DNA from: Camelus dromedarius
Taxonomy: Eukaryota
Direction of reading: 5' to 3'
Assembly: GCF_036321535.1 (NCBI RefSeq)
Contig: NC_087437.1
Location: 18,664,001-18,728,000, forward strand
Length of the DNA stretch: 64,000 bases
The translations under genes were made by a program, and so were the position numbers. Every line of letters starts with the position of its first letter. Positions within the stretch are counted from its first letter, which is position 1. Positions 1-11,600 of this stretch are shown here, piece by piece. The notes under the pieces are model-generated. The model saw only the letters and a program-made list of their open reading frames with translations. It ran no database searches and had not been told where the DNA came from.

Positions 1-308
1 TGTGTTTGTGTAGACAGAGCCAGAGCCTCCTTGTGCTGAAGGAGACAGGCCCAAGCAGCAGCAGCCCGGCAGGCAGCAGGAGACTGTGGTTACTGGCACT
101 CGTTTGGACACATGATCCTCTGAAGCCGGAATCCTGGATCCTGGGCTCGTCTGTAAAGCACTCGTGCCTCTTCCTTTAACACAGAGCCAACAGTCATGCT
201 GGACCAGTACTGGAAGGGCACATGGAAAGTTTTAAACTGGTAGGTTTCAGATTATGTAACTTTTCCCTTTTGTTTTGCTCTCCATTCATGCTGTTTAATA
301 AGTTCAGC

Positions 309-446
309 AGGGGAAGATATAGCACAAGTGGTAGAGCACATGCCCTAGCATGCACGAGGTCCTGGGTTCAATCCCCAGAACCTCCTCTGAAAATAAATAA
401 GTGAACCTAATTGCCCCCCCCAAATTAAATTAAAAAATAAAAAAAA
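309..446 (+). mobile_element. tRNA-derived SINE (camelid vic-1-like)
   Basis: tRNA-like head with A-box-like TAGCACAAGTGG and B-box GGTTCAATCC, AT-rich middle, C-run, A tail; flanking direct repeat AAGTTCAG (300-307 and 448-455). Confidence 0.85.
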
Positions 447-921
447 GAAGTTCAGAAAAATCAGTCAATCTGTTAAAAGCCCTCTTTTCTAAAGGAAGCC
501 CAATGAAAACATGTACTATTGTGAATGAAAGCATTTTGAGCGGCTATCTTAAAATAAATCACTGATGTCTATGGGCATGTTGGTGAGAGGCAGCTTAAGA
601 GGTTGGAACAGCATCCAAGTACTTCCTGGGAAACAAGGAAACATGAGAGTGGAAGTAAACTCAAAAGCAGGATCAGCTCAGGTAAGTAAGTTTTGTACCC
701 AAGTTCAGTACCTTTCACAGTGTTTTGTTCAGACCTGACTTCTTTCCATAGCAATCCTGTTTGATAACAAGTGACTACTCTTACCTCTAGTGTCCTGGGC
801 CCAGGGAATGTGCAGGTAGAAAATACAGCTGAAAGTGGTATGTTTCTTAATTCCAGGTATCCCAGAAACAATACCCAAAGAGGAAACAGTGGCACAGAGC
901 AAGCCAACTCTCAGAAGACCT

Positions 922-1475
922 TGAGGCCCAAGAAGACGGGAGATTTGACCTCCAGTAGACCTTGAGCTTCATTATATGCTCATTATAATGTATTAACATG
1001 GTGAATGACACACCCACAGGCGCCATGATGGTTCGAAGACTGACCATGAAAGGTTAAAGAGAGGGTGGTGGTCCAGTTCCTGGGAATCCCCACCCCTTCC
1101 CCAAAGTAGCTGGAATAAACCTCTTAGTTGTTAGAATACAAAACTAGCAATACTACGCTTCTCGGCGTTTCTTGCTCCCTTACCTTCCAAGGCAACCCAC
1201 ACACTATCAATGGAGCATGTATCTACTTTTACTTTAAACGAAACACCCAACCTTACACCTCTTGTCCTTTCTGTTACCTTCTAAGATGGCCTGCGCTCTT
1301 GTTTGCGGAGCGTACATCTTTCTAAATAAATCTACTTTTACTCATCTATGGCTCCCTCTTGAATTCTTCCCTGCACTGAAGTCAAGGACCCTCACTTTGC
1401 TGGGTGCATCCCAGGGACTCAACTGAGACCTGGGACATGGCCATCCTCTCACGCCCCATTTATTTTCCTGTATCA
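922..1475 (+). mobile_element. ERV1 LTR, MER41-like, probably solo (5' boundary uncertain)
   Basis: Matches recalled MER41 consensus blocks: CATTATATGCTCATTATAATG..GACACACCCAC..CCATGA, CAGTTCC..GGGAAT..CCCCTTCCC, AATAAA, TGAATTCTT..CAAGGACCCTC, and a 3' end TTTCCTGTATCA. No TSD resolved. Confidence 0.7.
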
Positions 1476-1859
1476 CTTGCACACCTGAAAGGAAGTGAGA
1501 CAGAATTCCAGGTGCTGCAAGTCTTCGGGCCCGGGAAATTTTCCTTAAGAAATGATATTTGAAGAACAATCTCAACAGTGGAAGTTAACTAAGGGAAGAG
1601 GCAGGAAGGAGGTTCCAGGCAGAGGGAAGATCATCTGCAGAGACCCTGGGGTGAGAAAGACCTTGCGTCATTTGAGAATCTAAATGAAGTCAGGGGAGAC
1701 AGGAGCAACATCAGAAAGGGGCCTCACGCCCACCCAAAGGAGTTTTGGTCTTTAAACTAAAGAAGCGTCTACCTAGTTTCAAGGAGGGAACGCCCCCAAT
1801 CCGATTTCCTTACACCACGGCTTCAGAGCAGACAGGGTCTGGTTTTGCCCACCTGATTC

Positions 1860-2840
1860 TCCCCCAGCGTCAGGCCAGAGACGCCTCTCAGCTGGTTCTT
1901 ACCTACGGCTCCCGGGAGGGGTGAGGAAGGGCCTCCGCAGAGAGCGCAGAGCCGGCCGCGGGGGCAGCGGGCGGGGGTTGGGTGGCTTGCGCTGCGCGAG
2001 GCGCCTCCGGGGACCTGAAGCGCGACAAAGAGTCGGCGCGCTCGGGACTCGCGCCGGCCGAGCTCTCGCTTCCGCGGAGGCTGCGCCTGACTCTCGGCGA
2101 AGGGACGAGGCCACGCGGCCTCAGGCGGCCAAGTCGGCGGAACCCACCCGACGCGGGGCCCAGAGCCACCCGCGGCCCACGGCGCGCAGGTGAGCCGCAC
2201 GGCCCAGGTGGGCAGCCCGGCCGGCCGGAAGCCCCTGCGCGCAGCCCCGGGCGCCCCCACTGCGGCGCGGGCGGCCGCCATCTCCGGGCGGCGGAGGCGG
2301 GCGGGCGAGCGGGCGGCGCGCCGGGCGGTGGGCGGTGTCTCCGCGGCGGTGCAGCCCCGCGGTGAGGCCCGGGCCCGCGCGGAGGGTGGGGGGCCCGGGT
2401 GGCTCCTGGCTGCCTGGCAGCGGGGAGGCGGGGGGTCGGGGACCTGGGCAGGCGGCAGGGCGCCCCCGCCCCGCCAGGCCCTCCGGCCATGGCTCCGGCC
2501 TCACCCCCGACTATAAATTCATCTTGTCGCCGTCGGAAAAGTGGAACCGCAAAGCACAAGGAAGGAAGCGCAGGAGCGGAACCCCCGCTCCCCAGAGACA
2601 CCTGGGCTAACCTTAAGGTGTATTTCCTTACAGTCCCTTTTTCCCTGGTAGCCTGAGCAGACTATTTTTGCAGAACCTGGATCATGAAGCGCCGTGACTT
2701 GGCTTCTTTGTCTTACTAATACATCCCACGCGTCTGCCCGCGGCTCTCAGTGTTTTCCTACATCCTTTTTATTGGCCGCTCTAGACTGCGTCGGTGTGTG
2801 CCAGATTGACCGCGCCTGGCCCGGGCTTGACGTTCGGTTT
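1860..2840. promoter_or_regulatory. FAIM: CpG island / FAIM promoter
   Basis: Very GC- and CpG-rich stretch upstream of the first FAIM coding exon; GC boxes, ETS-like CCGGAAG (~2226) and YY1-like CCGCCAT (~2275). Confidence 0.9.
2040..2189 (+). other. FAIM: FAIM non-coding first exon (start approximate)
   Basis: Strong donor CAG|GTGAGC at 2189/2190 inside the CpG island; the TSS cannot be determined from sequence. Confidence 0.6.
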
Positions 2841-5800
2841 GCTGAGTGACAGGACTGTGATTTACTTAATGGATTATCTCCCTGATGGTGAACAGACAGG
2901 TGGTTTTCAGATCTTAGCTATTATAAAAATCAAGTCATTGAGCACTGTTCCGCCTGGTTTTTTGAGCACGACTATTTGTTTAGAGAGAATCCCTCGTAAG
3001 GCTTGCAGTGTATGTTGCAAAATGCTCCCCAGAAAAGTTATTCTCGTTTTTGTGCCTCGCATTTGGGAATACCTAGCTCAAAGAGCTTCCTGAGAGACTT
3101 TGCTAGAGGTCCCACTGTCAACACCTCTGTTGAAGAGTGACCTGCCTTGTGGCTGGCCTTACCTAGAGCTTTTGCTGAAAAGGGAACTATGAGTACCTTA
3201 ATTTTTAAGACTGACTTAAGTTTAGCTTGGATAAACCATCACAGTCCCCAATACGTTTAAACCTAAGTTAAGGCAAAATTCAAACTGGGATTGGATGAAC
3301 AGGAAAAATGTTTCACTGTTTAAGTCATACTCTGAAACATGGGTGTTGGATTGCTAGGAAAGGGATTTTAAAAGATTACTCTGATGGGTATGTCGCTAGA
3401 TACTCATAAAGCTTTCTTGTGAAGGTATGTAGTTTCAAGTGAGTGACATTGCCCTTATCAGTGAAAATAAATGGAATTTGTTTTTCCATCCTTTTTATTT
3501 ACATTTTTAAAGCTTTGTGCTGAACTAGAGGGGATTTTTTTCTTTGTAATAATCATTTTCCAGTTTGGTTACAGGATCCTGATAATGATATGTACGTATA
3601 AGACTTTAAAAATGACAGTGGATTAATTCTTTTCTCCCAAGTTTTATAGCAAAGCCTTCCCTGGCCTTCCCACCCATTTGACTGGGCTAGGATCCTTTCT
3701 CTGTGGGCCTGTTTTATTCTTTACTGGTTTTCTTTCCTAGGACAATCCCAGAGCTGTGCTGTAATCATCTTTTGGTTTCTCCAGAGTCCCTCACTCTGCA
3801 CTTAGGGCCCACCCAGCTCAGTGCCTGGCATATAAGTGACTGGTGGGTGAATTTAGAATATGATAAGTGTTTAAGTCCAGTTTTGTAACTTAGAGATCTG
3901 TATGTGACAGATATTTCTCATTATTCAAATGAGTTAAGGTAGAAATCAAGGACAAAGACAGCTGTGATCAGCTCTTGGTTATAGGTGCAATCATATTCCA
4001 AGAAACACTACCAGCAGAGCACCTGGGACTTTTTTTTAAAACAACTTTGTTGAAGTATAGTTCACATACCATACAATTCACCCATCTAAAAGATACAATT
4101 CAATGGGGTTTTAAAAAATATATTACGGTATTAATTTTTTTAAGTTTTGGTAAAATATATTTGACATAAAATTTGCCACTTTTAAATGTACCATTCAGTA
4201 GCATTAAGTACATTCATGATGTTGTACAACCATCACCACTATCTATTTCCAAAACTTTTTCAACACCTTGAACTAATACTCCATAAATAAATGTCGAATG
4301 TATGATTGAATGTTGACAGTTGAGAGGAAAAAAATGTTTATGTGATTTTTTGTTTCTAACCTCCCTTCTAATTTGTTGTGTTGTCTTTTGAACAATTATT
4401 ATAATGAAGATGGTACCATGCCTTATCCTAGTGTGATCATATTTGAAGTTCCTTATAATGGAAAGCTGGGCAATTCTTTCAGGTTTGAATGCTAAAGTAC
4501 TAAACTTTCTAGAGGCTCTTAAAGCTGTAGAGCAAAACTGGAATGATATCCCAAAGTCCACTCTGATTTGCAAAGGATGCTTATCCAAGTTTATATTATG
4601 CTATTTGGCTTACTCTGTTGCTGTGTATTCTCTTTGCTTTTATAGCAGGATACCCTCCACTTTCATAGGAGATATCCTAGGAGATACTTTTAAGACAATT
4701 AAGATCCACAAATATGTAAGGTGCTAATAAAAAGAAGAGGCATTTATTTTAGGTACAAAGTGTTTTCAATCTTTACCTGATTTTCATTCTAAAATTCTTA
4801 GCTTTTGTTTGCCTGTTGGATTGCTTGTATGGGTGCTTAGCTCTTTAGTATCTTTAAAAACAGTTGGTGGCTTCTGGCTGTTTCCAGCCAAAAAAGATTG
4901 ACAATCTCTCATTTTTTACAAGGAGAGAGCACCCTTGGACATCCATATGGAGAAGGCCAGACTAGAGTAGATCTTGGGAACAAAAAAATAGTTGAACTTA
5001 TTTTTCAATAGGTTTAACTGTTAATTCCAAATCTTCAAATGTGGAGGGTTTCCTATGCATGAGAGTATTTTGTGTGCTTCTGATTTTAGTAAAACTTAAT
5101 TAGCGGTACAGCCCAGATACTGTTTAGTTAATTATACAGGAGTTCTGGATTCTAGTTTTGACTTGGGCCCTTCTGGTGACCTGAGCAAACCACGTAACTT
5201 CTGTGGATTCATTATTGGCACTAGTAAATTAAGTGGGATTGAGTAAGTGGGCACATTAAGTTTGCTCTTAGAAAGCAAAGTAGCGTATCCCTGGCTGCTT
5301 GCTGCAAGCTCAACATTTCTTTGCATTATCTTTAAAATTTTTGAAACTATATATTATACCATAATAAAGCCTTCTAAAATTTAGTATGAAGATTGCGTTT
5401 TATATCTGTTAACTACCCTGTAATATTGATGCTTCCAGAAGGCACATTCTATTTATCCTGGAGTTTTGTGTATTCCCTGACCTACTGCCTCATACCCTTG
5501 AGGCTTCTTGTGCCTCAATTTGAGAAGCGTGGGACCCAGAGGACCTCTAGGTCTCTTGTAGTTCTAATGTGGTATGATTCTTGAAATAAACTAGAGTTTA
5601 CTCTCTAGTTATAGGAAATTACAAATCCATAATAGGAAAAAATATGACTTGCTAATTTGCATGATTTAACTTCTTTCCCTGAAAATTAGAGATTGCAATT
5701 CTATTGTATGTAAAAGCTGTTTCACCAGAAACTACATGCAATTTTAGAAATGGATTGCAAAGTTAGAAAAAACTCTTTTTGGATGTCATCTTTGTTGCTC

Positions 5801-5874
5801 TCAATCTTGCTTTGCTGCAGTTCTGCTTTTTCCTTTCCTGCCTGCTAATTGGATTAAAGACTGTTTTGCCAACC

Positions 5875-5918
5875 ATGGCATCTGGAGATGACAGTCCTAT
5901 CTTTGAAGATGACGAAAG
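5875..5918 (+). CDS. FAIM: FAIM-L-specific cassette exon (exon 5860-5918, 59 nt): MASGDDSPIFEDDE(S)
   Basis: Good Kozak ACCATGG; translation matches the FAIM-L N-terminus; acceptor AAG at 5857-5859 and donor AG|GTAAAT; phase 2 joins the next exon in frame. Confidence 0.93.
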
Positions 5919-7293
5919 GTAAATGACTTGCAATTGCAATAAAACTAGCTTATGAAACTTTCAAGATGGTTTCAGTCATTCAGAAGAGTTGTTTATCCAG
6001 GATACTTTTTTAAGGACACATTTTGTAATATTGTAGAACGCATAGTTTTGCTTTTCTGTGATTTCTAGCAAGGTCGATAAACACCTGGCATGGAGGTGGC
6101 GGCCACTAATGTGGCATCCTTTCCCATAGGACCTGGATGTAAGGTCTCCAAATCCCTCTCGGCACGAAGTTCTTGGCAGGCACTTCAAAATGATGTAAAA
6201 TACGTTTACCATCTTTGATTTAGAGCATAGGGGATGTACTTGAGAAAGAACAGACTCTGGAGCTAGAGTCCTAAGTTTAAGTCCCATCTGCCACTTACTG
6301 TCATTGTGACATGAGACAAGCCCTTAGCCTCTCTTAGCCTGAGTTTCCTCATCTATAAAGAGAGATAATAATAGTACCCATCTCATGGTGAGGATTCTTT
6401 GAGTTAATAAGTGTACAGCTCTTAGAACAGTGACTGGCACACAGTAAGGATTGAATGACTGTTAACTGTGATCATTATTGTGTAATAAATGTTACATCTC
6501 TCAAAGCTAAAAATCTGTATCAATAACAAAATATTACTTATATATGCATTATAGATAATAGGTTATTCACATAGGACACACATAGGACACGCATTATGTA
6601 TTTTATATTAAAATGTTAATATAAAATTATGTGTTTTAATTGTGCCAGAAACTTGATAAAACAGAATCCTTTTTATTTTTAATAAGAGTTCCTGAAATAA
6701 TGATGAGAGTACTGTCTTCCTCCTCCTTCTTACTATGTTACTAACATCTTTATCTCTATCATAGGACATTTCTTCCGTGACTTCTCTTTTTCTCAGTCTT
6801 AGTATTTATAAGTTAGAACCTTTTCTGTTAAAATTAATCTCTAGTTACTTGTTAGTTACTGGTTTAAGTATGAAAGATTTTGAGAATTCTGTGATTGGAT
6901 CTGAAAAAGAAAAATCAAAATTAAATACTGTGTTTTTTAAATGATGGGAGGGACAAGTAGAAACTTTATACTGACCGTTCCAAGCATTATTCTCTGGCCT
7001 AGCTTAGAATACTATCGTGGATAAACTGATTGATTCTTAATCCTATTAATATTAAGGTGACTTTGGAATTATCCGACTGTACACCCATATATAGCAATTT
7101 CATCTTAAAAGAAGAATGTGTAAGAGGGAGAAGATAGTTACATGTACTGTAAGTAGGCTTTCTTAGGTAATATCACTTTAATATTTTGTAATTTTAGGGC
7201 TTTTAAAAATCTGATATTTTCATCTTTTAAGGATTAATTGGTTATTCTATTACTGTTTTGGCCTATTGTAATTGCTTAATTTTATTCCCTTAG

Positions 7294-7426
7294 CCCTCCT
7301 TACAGCCTGGAAAAAATGACAGATCTTGTAGCTGTTTGGGATGTTGCTTTAAGTGATGGAGTCCATAAGATTGAATTTGAACATGGGACCACATCAGGGA
7401 AACGAGTGGTATATGTAGATGGGAAG
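7294..7426 (+). CDS. FAIM: FAIM coding exon: (S)PPYSLEKMTDLVAVWDVALSDGVHKIEFEHGTTSGKRVVYVDGK; FAIM-S start ATG at 7316
   Basis: Manual translation; ccttag| acceptor and AAG|GTAAGA donor; 133 nt. Confidence 0.97.
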
Positions 7427-7782
7427 GTAAGAAAAAAAATGTTACTTTGTAAAATATGGTGTTCAGAGAAGCTTGATTTTTGCTAATCTAGATTCTTCAT
7501 GTGTGAATTCAAGGCTTTTCCTTTAAAGTGGTTATCTTTATATTTTGGTCTGTATCATTTTGCTGCACAAAGCAAACTAATAATAGTTACAGAATTCATA
7601 GACTATAGCATCCAATATTTAAACTTAAGATGCCTTTATTTTCTAAAACCTTTGCATCATGAATTAATAAAATTACATTTAAATAGCATTGCCATTTGTT
7701 TCCTTTAATTACATTATGCTAAAGTTAAATATTAAATTTTTTTCCATTTGTGTGTTTTCAACTTTTATATTTTATTACTTAG

Positions 7783-8011
7783 GAAGAGATAAGAAAAGAA
7801 TGGATGTTCAAGTTAGTGGGCAAAGAAACCTTCTGTGTTGGAGCTGCAAAGACAAAGGCAACTATAAATATAGATGCTATCAGTGGTTTTGCTTATGAAT
7901 ATACTCTGGAAATTAATGGGAAAAGTCTCAAGAAGTATATGGAGAACAGATCAAAAACCACCAATACTTGGGTATTACATTTGGATGGTGAGGACTTTAG
8001 AGTTGTGTTGG
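7783..8011 (+). CDS. FAIM: FAIM coding exon: EEIRKEWMFKLVGKETFCVGAAKTK...DGEDFRVVL(E)
   Basis: ORF track 7804..8019; cttag| acceptor and G|GTAAGT donor; 229 nt. Confidence 0.97.
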
Positions 8012-8699
8012 GTAAGTGAGTGCCATTTCTTCAGAATTTATTGGCCTTTTATGGTGGCCATTTAATTAGTTCCTCTAAATAACTGTCCAGACTCTTTATG
8101 AGGGCTTTCAATAGGAGAGAGTACAAGTGCAGGTGTATTTCTAATGTGTCCTGTGGGAATAAAGTATTCATTGCATCGACTGATTTATAAGTAAATTATA
8201 TGAGAGCCAGATTTGATAGTGATGGATTTGAGGATTATAAACTTGGGTTTAAAAAAAGAAATATTGATGTAGACATTTGTTTCTGTTTGATATTTCTCTT
8301 TAAAAATATATTTAAAAGCAGTTGGAAATTTAAGATTCATCAGTAGGAAAGGGATTTTTCTCTAGGTGGCAATAAGTTTGATCTGCTGCAGATCAAAATC
8401 GTCAAGGTCTAAGTCCAGATAAAGTAGATCAGAAGAAAAAAAGTAAGCTGTTCTGTTCAAGTTTTGTTGTTACAGATTACTGTCTGTGTTCTCAGTTTCT
8501 CTTGGGCCTACAAAATTTGCAAGACAAATATTTACCAGTAACTACCTTTTCTCTCCTCTGGTTACTCCTAGTATTTCGAGTCTACAGTCTAGCTGCATGC
8601 TAGCAAATACCTTTAATTTTTTTTTTTTAAGAGTGAACTATGTTTATCAAGTAATAAATGCACATAGTTGAAAAAAAAAAAAAAGAAACCAAAAACTCC

Positions 8700-11600
8700 T
8701 GTATAGTTTATTTATTTAGGAAACTGGGTCAATTTGTTTTGAAGAGTTTCCTAAGGTCTGGATTTAATTGATTGCATTCCTATGTTTTTCTGACTTTAAT
8801 ATTTCCTGTAAATTGGTAGTTGACTCTGAAGAATTGGTCAAATTTAGGGGTTTTTTGTTTTTGTTTTTTTTTCAGACAAGACCACTTTATAGTTTGTTGT
8901 ATCAAGAGGCACATGGTGTTTATTTGTCTTTTTTGATGTTGGCAACCACTAATACCTAGTGTCTACATCCATTAGTTCGTTGGCGGTTGCCAAATGGTTG
9001 TATTCTGATTCCATCATTCCTTGTCCATTAGCTGGAACACTTCTGTAATGAGAAACTTCCTGTCGTCTACTATTTGGTTACAAAGAGGTACATGTTGTAG
9101 AAGAAATGCAGGATAACAGCTTGTTTTCCCTTTATTTGCCGGTTTTCAGAATATTGAGTTGTCTCCTTATTCTCTTCTTTTAAAGGTGATCATTTAAGGG
9201 TATTTTTAAAATCATTACTAACTCATAGATTTAAACAGTTCGATGTGTTTCAATACGTTGCAGTTATTATCCTTTTCGGCCAGTGTGGTTATCTCAGACC
9301 GGCTCCTGTGTCCTCTTGACACATTCTTGGTAGACTTTGATCACTTCCTTGCTCTCTGGTATGACAAGATGTTCTAGGTTCATTCTGAACATTTTCTACG
9401 CAGACGTGGAATCACTGATTTCTCCAGGAAGCCCTGGTTTTCATTGGAGGAAGATGGTATTTAAAAAGCATAATCTGGGCATATATAAAAATACACATTC
9501 ATTATTTTTAAGTTTTCAGTGGATGGGTCAAGGAAGTTGTATACAATAGGTAGACAGAGGGAGGGAGGGAGAGATTTTTTTTAGATGATAAAACAGCTTA
9601 TCCATCCGTACTGATACTTCTAATTCAAATTTAGGAAAACCGGGTCTTTTCTTAACCTCATCCAACATCTGTATGTTCTTTCTTCCACACTGAGAATCAT
9701 TCTCAGGGACACAGAGGATGATGCAGCTAGAGTATGATGTAATTACTCATCTGGTCTGTGCCACATTACACACAAAATAGTCTCAGTTAGCAGCACAGAT
9801 ACTACCACCATTAATACGATTACCGCCCAAAATTTAAAACAACTTTCTGCATATCATTTTCCAGCTGTACTGTATCCATATTATCAGAACATATAGCCAT
9901 TATATACTATGCTCTGTCCCTTCCAACCCATGCTTAGTTCTATGGATAAATATTTATATATTGCTTTTAAGTCATTATATCGCTCCTTCTCTTTGGTCAT
10001 TTTACTTGTCTGAAACTTGTTTTCTATTACATTCCTTAGGAAGGACTCATGGGAACAGTATTTCTTGAATTCTTGCCTGTCAGTGACATTTGTCTGTGTC
10101 TTTGTTATTTGAAGGTCAGTCTGGCTGGACACAGTATTCTTGGCTCACATTTTCTCTCCTAGAGAATCTCAGATACATTACTCCACTTTCTTCTGGCCTG
10201 AAGTATTACTGTCAAAAAGTCTGATGACAATCTGATTTTCTTTCTCTTAAAAAAGTGCCTTGTTGTTTTGCCTGTAATTTTACTAGACTATGTCAGGGTA
10301 ATGATCATTCGTGGTCAGTTTTTTCAGGTCCTTGGTGAATCTTTTCAATGTGTAGAATCAAATGTCTTTTAAAATTTTCTTGAATTATAGTTAAGAATCT
10401 TTTCTGTTCCTTTGCCTTGGTTTTCCTCCTCGTGGGTACATATATGTTGGATCTTTTGGTCTGTCTTCTAAATATGTCAGTTTCTCGCACATCCTTTTTA
10501 ACAACTTCTCTCTCTTTCTTTCCTTTCTTCCTTTCTGCCTATGCGGCTGCCTGCCTTCCTTTCTCTCTCTTTTCCTCTCTCTCTTTCTTTAAATTAATAG
10601 ATTTATTTTCTAGAGCAGTTTTAAGTTTAAAGGAAAGCAGAGTTCCCATATGCTCCCTCTACTGCCCCCCTCAGTTCTCCCGATTCTTAGCATCTTGCGT
10701 TGGTGTGGTCCACTCATTACAATTGGCAAACCAATGTTGATACATTATTATTCACTAAAGTCCATAGTTTACATTAGGGTTCACTTTTGCATTGTACGGT
10801 TCTGTGGGTTCTGCCAAATGTGTAATAGCATATTCCGCCATTGCAGCATCATACAGAATAGTTTCACTGCCCTAAAAATCCCGCGTTCTTCTCTGTTCCT
10901 CTCTCTCTTCCTTCTCCTCCCAACCCCTGGCAATAGCAAGCTTTTTACTGTCTCTGTAGTTTGCCTTTTCCAGAATGTGACATAGTTGGAATCATACAGG
11001 ACATAGTTTTTTATACGAGCTTCTTTTACTTAGCAGTATGCACTTAAAGTTCCTCTGTATCCTCTCATGGCTTGGTAGGTAATTGCTTCTTAGTGCTGAA
11101 TATTCCGCTGTCTGGTTGCACCACAGTTTGCCTATCCATTCACCTGCTGAAGGACAGCTTGCTTGCTTCTAATTTTTGGCTATCATGAATAAATCTGCTA
11201 TGTAAATGTCTTTGTGCAGGTTTTTATGTGGACATAAATTTTTAAATCAGTTGGGTAAATAACTTAGGAGCTTGAGTACAGGAAGTACAGTAAGAGTACA
11301 TTTAGTTTTGTAAGTAGCTACCAGTCTGTCTTACAAAGCGGCTGCACCATTTTGCATTCCCCTCAGCAATGAGTGAGAGTTCCCATTGCTTCACATCCTT
11401 GCCAGCAGTGTTGCCAGTGTTTGGGAGTTTGGCCATTCTAATAGGTGTGTAATGAGATCTCACTTTAGTTTGCAATTCTCTAATAATGTGTGGTGCTGAG
11501 CATCTTTTCATATGCTTACTTGTCATCTGTGTATCTTCTTTGCTGAGCTGTTTGTGTAGATCTTTTGCCCATTTTGTAATTGAGTGGCTCATTTTCTTAT

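Noticed and set aside
309..385. tRNA-like sequence (also at 51849, 13260, 26190 and 27500)
   Set aside because: Followed by a shared AT-rich body, A tail and TSDs, so these are SINEs rather than tRNA genes.
1823..2656. Many overlapping 70-232 aa ORFs on both strands
   Set aside because: Pro/Arg/Gly/Ala-rich products expected from a stop-poor CpG island; no recognisable domain.
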